From Octopus vulgaris (Eukaryota), in assembly GCA_951406725.2 (NCBI GenBank), contig CATOCA020000001.1:1984001-2048000 (forward strand): a stretch of 64,000 nucleotides of DNA, read 5' to 3'. Of the stretch, positions 55,201-64,000 are shown in pieces. The position numbers and the translations under genes were made by a program. The notes beneath the pieces were generated by a model that worked only from the letters and a program-made list of their open reading frames with translations, was not told the origin of the DNA and did no database searches. Every line of letters starts with the position of its first letter. Within the stretch, counting starts at the first letter, position 1.

Positions 55201-58200
55201 TGATGTCTGTGGTAAATCATTCTCTCAAAGTACTGACTTCAAAAGACACAAACATATTCAAACAGGGGAGAAAGCGTACCACTGTGATATCTGTGGTAAA
55301 TCATTCTCTCAATGTACTGACTTCAAAAGACACAAACAAGTGCAAAAAGTGGAGAAAGCGTACCACTGTGATATCTGTGGTAAATCATTCTCTCAAAGTA
55401 CTGACTTCAAAAGACACAAACAAGTGCAAAAAGTGGAGAAAGCGTACCACTGTGATATCTGTGGTAAATCATTCTCTCAAAGTACTGACTTCAAAAGACA
55501 CAAACAAGTTCAAAAAGTTGAGAAAGCGTACCACTGTGATATCTGTGGTAAATCATTCTCTCAAAGTACTGACTTCAAAAGACACAAACAAGTGCAAAAA
55601 GTGGAGAAAGCGTACCACTGTGATATCTGTGGTAAATCATTCTCTCAAAGTACTGACTTCAAAAGACACAAACAAGTGCAAAAAGTGGAGAAAGCGTACC
55701 ACTGTGATATCTGTGGTAAATCATTCTCTCAAAGTACTGACTTCAAAAGACACAAACATATTCAAACAGGAGAGAAAGCGTACCACTGTGATATCTGTGG
55801 TAAATCATTCTCTCAAAGTACTGACTTCAAAAGACACAAACATATTCAAACAGGAGAGAAAGCGTACCACTGTGATATCTGTGGTAAATCATTCTCTCAA
55901 AGTACTGACTTCAAAAGACACAAACAAGTGCAAAAAGTGGAGAAAGCGTACCACTGTGATATCTGTGGTAAATCATTCTCTCAAAGTACTGACTTCAAAA
56001 GACACAAACATATTCAAACAGGAGAGAAAGCGTACCACTGTGATATCTGTGGTAAATCATTCTCTCAAAGTACTGACTTCAAAAGACACAAACATATTCA
56101 AACAGGAGAGAAAGCGTACCACTGTGATATCTGTGGTAAATCATTCTCTCAAAGTAATGACTTCAAAAGACACAAACATATTCAAACAGGAGAGAAAGCG
56201 TACCACTGTGATATCTGTGGTAAATCATTCTCTCAAAGTAAAGACTTAAAAGACACAAACATATTCAAACAGGAGATAAAGCGTACCACTGTGATATCTG
56301 TGGTAAATCATTCTCTCAAAGTAATGACTTCAAAAGACACAAACATATTCAAACAGGAGATAAAGCGTACCACTGTGATATCTGTGGTAAATCATTCTCT
56401 CAAAGTACTGACTTCAAAAGAAACAAACATATTCAAACAGGAGAGAAAGCGTACCACTGTGATATCTGTGGTAAATCATTCTCTCAAAGTACTGACTTCA
56501 AAAGACACAAACATATTCAAACAGGAGAGAAAGCGTACCACTGTGATATCTGTGGTAAATCATTCTCTCAAAGTACTGACTTCAAAAGAAACAAACATAT
56601 TCAAACAGGAGAGAAAGCGTACCACTGTGATATCTGTGGTAAATCATTCTCTCAAAGTACTGACTTCAAAAGACACAAACATATTCAAACAGGAGAGAAA
56701 GCGTACCACTGTGATATCTGTGGTAAATCATTCTCTCAAAGTACTGACTTCAAAAGACACAAACATATTCAAACAGGGAGAAAGCGTACCACTGTGATAT
56801 CTGTGGTAAATCATTCTCTCAAAGTACTGACTTCAAAAGACACAAACATATTCAAACAGGAGAGAAAGCGTACCACTGTGATATCTGTGGTAAATCATTC
56901 TCTCAAAGTACTGACTTCAAAAGACACAAACATATTCAAACAGGAGAGAAAGCGTACCACTGTGATATCTGTGGTAAATCATTCTCTCAAAGTACTGACT
57001 TCAAAAGACACAAACATATTCAAACAGGAGAGAAAGCGTACCACTGTGATATCTGTGGTAAATCATTCTCTCAAAGTACTGACTTCAAAAAAAACAAACA
57101 TATTCAAACAGGAGAGAAAGCGTACCACTGTGATATCTGTGGTAAAAAATTCTCTCAAAGTACTGACTTCAAAAGACACAAACATATTCAAACAGGAGAG
57201 AAAGCGTACCACTGTGATATCTGTGGTAAATAATCCTCTCAAAGTACTGACTTCAAAAGAAACAAACATATTCAAACAGGAGAGAAAGCGTACCACTGTG
57301 ATATCTGTGGTAAATCATTCTCTCAAAGTACTGACTTCAAAAGAAACAAACATATTCAAACAGGAGAGAAAGCGTACCACTGTGATATCTGTGGTAAATC
57401 ATTCTCTCAAAGTACTGACTTCAAAAGACACAAACATATTCAAACAGGAGAGAAAGCGTACCACTGAGATATCTGTGGTAAATCATTCTCTCAAAGTACT
57501 GACTTCAAAAGACACAAACATATTCAAACAGGAGAGAAAGCGTACCACTGTGATATCTGTGGTAAATCATTCTCTCAAAGTACTGACTTCAAAAGACACA
57601 AACATATTCAAACAGGAGAGAAAGCGTACCACTGTGATATCTGTGGTAAATCATTCTCTCAAAGTACTGACTTCAAAAGACACAAACATATTCAAACAGG
57701 AGAGAAAGCGTACCACTGTGATATCTGTGGTAAATCATTCTCTCAAAGTACTGATTCAAAAGACACAAACATATTCAAACAGGAGAGAAAGCGTACCACT
57801 GTGATATCTGTGGTAAATCATTCTCTCAAAGTACTGACTTCAAAAGACACAACCATATTCAAACAGTGGAGAAAGCGTACCACTGTGATATTTGTGGTAA
57901 ATCATTCTCTCAAAGTACTGACTTCAAAAGACACAAACATATTCAAACAGGAGAGAAAGCGTACCATTGGATTATCTGTGGTAAATCAATCCCTCAAAGT
58001 ACTGACTTCAAAAGACACAAACAAATTCAAAGTGGAGAGTAAGCGTACTTCTGTGATATCTGTGGTAAATCATTCTCTCAAAGTACTGACTTCAAAAGAC
58101 ACAAACATATTCAAACAGGAGAGAAAGCGTACCACTGTGCTATCTGTGGAAACTCATTCTCTAAAATTACTGACTTCAAAAGACACAAACATATTCAAAC

Positions 58201-61200
58201 AGGGGAGAAAGCGTACCACTGTGATATCTGTGGTAAATCATTCTCTCAAAGTACTGACTTCAAAATACACAAACATATTCAAACAGTGGAGAAAGCGTAC
58301 CACTGTGATATCTGTGGTAAATCATTCTCTCAAAGTACTGACTTCAAAAGACACAAACATATTCAAACAGGGGAGAAAGCGTACCACTGTGATATCTGTG
58401 GTAAATCATTCTCTCAAAGTACTGAATTCAAAAGACACAAACATATTCAAACAGGGAGAAAGCGTACCACTGTGATATCTGTGGTAAATCATTCTCTCAA
58501 AGTACTGAATTCAAAAGACACAAACATATTCAAACATGAAAGAAAGCGTACCACTGTGATATCTGTGGTAAATCATTCTCTCAAAGTACTGACTTCAAAA
58601 GATACAAACATATTCAAACAGGAGAGAAGACGTACCACTGTGGTATCTGTGGTAAATCATTCTCTCAAAGTACTGACTTCAAAAGACACAAACATATTCA
58701 AACAGGAGAGAAAGCATACCACTGTGATATCTGTGGTAAATCATTCTCTCAAAGTACTGACTTCAAAAGAAACAAACATATTCAAACAGGAGAGAAAGCG
58801 TACCACTGTGATATCTGTGGTAAATCATTCTCTCAAAGTACTGACTTCAAAAGACACAAACATATTCAAACAGGAGAGAAAGCGTACCACTGTGATATCT
58901 GTGGTAAATCATTCTCTCAAACTACTGACTTCAAAAGACACAAACATATTCAAACAGGAGAGAAAGCGTACCACTGTGATATCTGTGGTAAATCATTCTC
59001 TCAAAGTACTGACTTCAAAAGACACAAACATATTCAAACAGGAGAGAAAGTGTACCACTGTGATATCTGTGGTAAATCATTCTCTCAAAGTACTGACTTC
59101 AAAAGACACAAACATATTCAAACAGGAGATAAAGCGTACCACTGTGATATCTGTGGTAAATCATTCTCTCAAAGTACTGACTTCAAAAGACACAAACATA
59201 TTCAAACAGGATAGAAAGCGTACCACTGTGATATCTGTGGTAAATCATTCTCTCAAAGTACTGACTTCAAAAGACACAAACATATTCAAAAAGGAGAGAA
59301 AGCGTCCCACTGTGATATCTGTGGTAAATCATTCTCTCAAAGTACTGACTTCAAAAGACACAAACATATTCAAACAGGAGAGAAAGCGTACCACTGCGAT
59401 ATCTGTGGTAAATCATTCTCTCAAAGTACTGACTTCAAAAGACACAAACATATTCAAACAGGGGAGAAAGCGTAACACTGTGATATCTGTGGTAAATCAT
59501 TCTCTCAAAGTACTGACGTCAAAAGACACAAACATATTCAAACAAGAGAGAAAGCGTACCACTGTGATATCTGTGGTAAATCATTCTCTCAAAGTACTGA
59601 CTTCAAAAGACACAAACATATTCAAACAGGAGAGAAAGCGTACCACTGTGATATCTGTGGTAAATCATTCTCTCAAAGTACTGACTTCAAAAGACACAAA
59701 CAAATTCAAACAGGAAAGAAAGCGTACCGCTGTGATATCTGTGGTAAATCATTCTCTCAAAGTACTGACTTCAAAAGACACAAACATATTCAAACAGGAG
59801 AGAAAGCGTACCACTGTGATATCTGTGGTAAATCATTCTCTCAAAGTACTGACTTCAAAAGGCACAAACATATTCAAACAGGGGAGAAAGCGTTCCACTG
59901 TGATATCTGTGGTAAATCATTCTTTCAAAGTACTGACTTCAAAAGACACAAACATATTGAAACAGGGGAGAAAGCATACCACTGTGATATCTGTGGTAAA
60001 TCATTCTCTCAAAGTACTGACTTCAAAAGACACAAACATATTCAAACAGGAGAGAAACCGTACCACTGTGATATCTGTGGTAAATCATTCTCTCAAAGTA
60101 CTGACTTCAAAAGACGCAAACATATTCAAACAGAGGAGAAAGCGTACCACTGTGATATCTGTGGTAAATCATTCTCTCAAAGTTCTGACTTCAAAAGACA
60201 CAAACATATTCAAACAGGAGAGAAAGCGTACCACTGTGATATCTGTGGTAAATCATTCTCTCAAACTACTGACTTCAAAAGACACAAACATATTCAAACA
60301 GGAGAGAAAGCATACCACTGTGAAATCTGTGGTAAATCATTCTCTCAAAGTACTGACTTCAAAAGACACAAACATTTTCAAACAGGAGTGAAAGTGTACC
60401 ACTGTGATATCTGTGGTAAATCATTCTCTCAAAGTACTGAATTCAAAAGACACAAACATATTCAAACAGGAGATAAAGCGTCCCACTGTGATATCTGTGG
60501 TAAATCATTCTCTCAAAGTACTGACTTCAAAAGACACAAACATATTCAAACAGGAGAGAAAGCGTACCACTGTGATATCTGTGGTAAATCATTCTCTCAA
60601 AGTACTGACGTCAAAAGACACAAACATATTCAAACAAGAGAGAAAGCGTACCACTGTGATATCTGTGGTAATTCATTCTCTCAAAGTACTGACTTCAAAA
60701 GACACAAACATATTCAAACAGGGGAGAAAGGGTACCACTGTGACATCTGTGGTAAATCATTCTCTCAAAGTACTGACTTCAAAAGACACAAACAAATTCA
60801 AACAGGAAAGAAAGCGTACCTCTGTGATATCTGTGGTAAATCATTCTCTCAAAGTACTGACTTCAAAAGACACAAACATATTCAAACAAGAGAGAAAGCG
60901 TACCACTGTGATATCTGTGGTAAATCATTCTCTCAAAGTACTGACTTCAAAAGACACAAACATATTCAAACAAGAGAGAAAGCGTACCACTGTGATATCT
61001 GTGGTAAATCATTCTCTCAAAGTACTGACTTCAAAAGGCACAAACATATTCAACCAGAGGAGAAAGCGTACCACTGTGATATCTGTGGTAAATCATTCTC
61101 TCAAAGTACTGACTTCAAAAGACACAAACATATTCAAACAGGAGAGAAAGCGTACCACTGTGATATCTGTGGTAAATCATTCTCTCAAAGTACTGACTTC

Positions 61201-64000
61201 AAAAGATACAAACATATTCAAACAGGGGAGAATGCGTACCACTGTGATATCTGTGGTAAATCATTCTCTCAAAGTACTGACTTCAAAAGACACAAACATA
61301 TTCAAACAGGGGAGAAAGCGTTCCACTGTGATATCTGTGGTAAATCATTCTTTCAAAGTACTGACTTCCAAAGACACAAACATATTCAAACAGGGGAGAA
61401 AGCGTACCACTGTGATATCTGTGGTAAATCATTCTCTCAAAGTACTGACTTCAAAAGACACAAACATATTCAAACAGGAGAGAAAGCGTACCACTGTGAT
61501 ATCTGTGGTAAATCATTCTCTCAAAGTACTGACTTCAAAAGACACAAACATATTCAACCAGGGGAGAAAGCGTACCACTGTGATATCTGTGGTAAATCAT
61601 TCTCTCAAAGTACTGAATTCAAAAGACACAAACATATTCAAACAGGAGAGAAAGCGTACCACTGTGATATCTGTGGTAAATCATTCTCTCAAAGTACTGA
61701 CTTCAAAAGATACAAACATATTCAAACAGGGGAGAAAGCGTACCACTGTGATATCTGTGGTAAATCATTCTCTCAATGTACTGACTTCAAAAGACACAAA
61801 CATATTCAAACAGGAGAGAAAGCGTACCACTGTGATATCTGTGGTAAATCATTCTCTCAAAGTACTGACTTCAAAAGACACAAACATATTCAAACAGGGG
61901 AGAAAGGGTACCACTGTGACATCTGTGGTAAATCATTCTCTCAAAGTACTGACTTCAAAAGACACAAACAAATTCAAACAGGAAAGAAAGCGTACCACTG
62001 TGATATCTGTGGTAAATCATTCTCTCAAAGTACTGACTTCAAAAGACACAAACATAGTCAAAAAGGAGAGAAAGCGTACCACTGTGATATCTGTGGTAAA
62101 TCATTCTCTCAAAGTACTGACTTCAAAAGGCACAAACATATTCAAACAGGGGAGAAAGCGTTCCACTGTGATATCTGTGGTAAATCATTCTTTCAATGTA
62201 CTGACTTCAAAAGACACAAACATATTCAAACAGGGGAGAAAGCATACCACTGTGATATCTGTGGTAAATCATTCTCTCAAAGTACTGACTTCAAAAGACA
62301 CAAACATATTCAAACAGGAGAGAAAGCGTACCACTGTGATATCTGTGGTAAATCATTCTCTCAAAGTACTGACTTCAAAAGACACAAACATATTCAAACA
62401 GAGGAGAAAGCGTACCACTGTGATATCTGTGGTAAATCATTCTCTCAAAGTACTGACTTCAAAAGACACAAACATATTCAAACAGGAGAGAAAGCGTACC
62501 ACTGTGATATCTGTGGTAAATCATTCTCTCAAACTACTGACTTCAAAAGACACAAACATATTCAAACAGGAGAGAAAGCATACCACTGTGATATCTGTGG
62601 TAAATCATTCTCTCAAAGTACTGACTTCAAAAGACACAAACATTTTCAAACAGGAGTGAAAGTGTACCACTGTGACATCTGTGGTAAATCATTCTCTCAA
62701 AGTACTGAATTCAAAAGACACAAACATATTCAAACAGGAGATAAAGCGTACCACTGTGATATCTGTGGTAAATCATTCTCTCAAAGTACTGACTTCAAAA
62801 GACACAAACATATTCAAACAGGAATGAAAGCGTACCACTGTGATATCTGTGGTAAATCATTCTCTCAAAGTACTGACTTCAAAAGACACAAACATATTCA
62901 AAAAGGAGAGAAAGCGTCCCAGTGATATCTGTGGTAAATCATTCTCTCAAAGTACTGACTTCAAAAGACACAAACATATTCAAACAGGAGAGAAAGCGTA
63001 CCACTGTGATATCTGTGGTAAATCATACTCTCAAAGTACTTACTTCAAAAGAGACAAACATATTCAAACAGGGGAGAAAGCGTAACACTGTGATATCTGT
63101 GGTAAATCATTCTCTCAAAGTACTGACGTCAAAAGACACAAACATATTCAAACAAGAGAGAAAGCGTACCACTGTGATATCTGTGGTAATTCATCCTCTC
63201 AAAGTACTGACTTCAAAAGACACAAACATATTCAAACAGGGGAGAAAGGGTACCACTGAGACATCTGTGGTAAATCATTCTCTCAAAGTACTGACTTCAA
63301 AAGACACAAACAATTCATAAAGTAGAGAAAGCGTACCACTGTGATATCAGTGGTAAATCATTCTCTCAAAGTACTGACTTCAAAAGACACAAACATATTC
63401 AAACAGGGGAGAAAGCGTACCACTGTGATATCTGTGGTAAATCATTCTCTCAAAGTACTGACTTCAAAAGACACAAACATATTCATAAAGTAGAGAAAGC
63501 GTACCACTGTGATATCTGTGGTAAATCATTCTCTCAAAGTACTGACTTCAAAAGACACAAACATATTCATAAAGTAGAGAAAGCGTACCACTGTGATATC
63601 TGTGGTAAATCATTCTCTCAAAGTACTGACTTCAAAAGACACAAACATATTCAAACAGGAGAGAAAGCGTACCACTGTGATATCTGTGGAAACTCATTCT
63701 CTCAAAAGTACTGACTTCAAAAGACACAAACATATTCAAACAGGGGAGAAAGCGTACCACTGTTATATCTGTGGTAAATCATTCTCTCAAAGTACTGACT
63801 TCAAAAGACACAAACATATTCAAACAGGAGAGAAAGCGTACCACTGTTATATCTGTGGTAAATCATTCTCTCAAAGTACTGACTTCAAAAGACACAAACA
63901 TATTCAAACAGGGGAGAAAGCGTACCACTGTGATATCTGTGGTAAATCATTCTCTCAAAGTACTGACTTCAAAAGACACAAACATATTCAAACAGGGGAG
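28168..64000 (+). repeat. 84-bp tandem array (about 425 units, open-ended) derived from a single C2H2 zinc finger: [28 protein letters not shown]
   Basis: Consensus acaggagagaaagcgtaccactgtgatatctgtggtaaatcattctctcaaagtactgacttcaaaagacacaaacatattcaa repeated head-to-tail. Many 1-nt indels and several in-frame stops break the zinc-finger frame. Confidence 0.99.

Noticed and set aside
28147-63320. Dozens of separate genes encoding '[29 protein letters not shown]' repeats
   Set aside because: These are the off-frame reading of the finger repeat, mostly starting at GTG codons and delimited by 1-nt indels. They are not independent genes.
28168-64000. CRISPR-like array
   Set aside because: Units are contiguous with no unique spacers, no cas genes are present, and the context is eukaryotic.
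28168-64000. Restoration of the missing His by A-to-I RNA editing
   Set aside because: Editing CAA can give only CAG (Gln) or CGA/CGG (Arg), never His.
28147-64000. PRDM9-like or KRAB-ZNF gene
   Set aside because: No PR/SET, KRAB or SSXRD exon was recognised upstream, and the contact residues are invariant rather than hypervariable.

Overview
Eukaryotic, AT-rich, repeat-dense genomic DNA, most likely from an octopus or other coleoid cephalopod. This is inferred from the SINE family and the '[10 protein letters not shown]' zinc-finger type, not from any search. The left 28 kb holds the 3' part of a spliced + strand gene: a RING-finger exon, three tandemly duplicated 51-nt linker exons and two death-domain exons. 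It is embedded among microsatellites, MITEs, a Helitron, mariner/Sola/RTE remnants and SINEs. The right 36 kb (about 28.1 kb to the window end, and continuing beyond it) is one head-to-tail array of about 425 near-identical 84-bp units. Each unit encodes the same C2H2-type finger with its last His replaced by Gln. The array looks like a zinc-finger gene that has become a satellite, with a homogeneous core, diverged flanks and nested higher-order duplications. Most ORFs in the supplied track are by-products of repeats.
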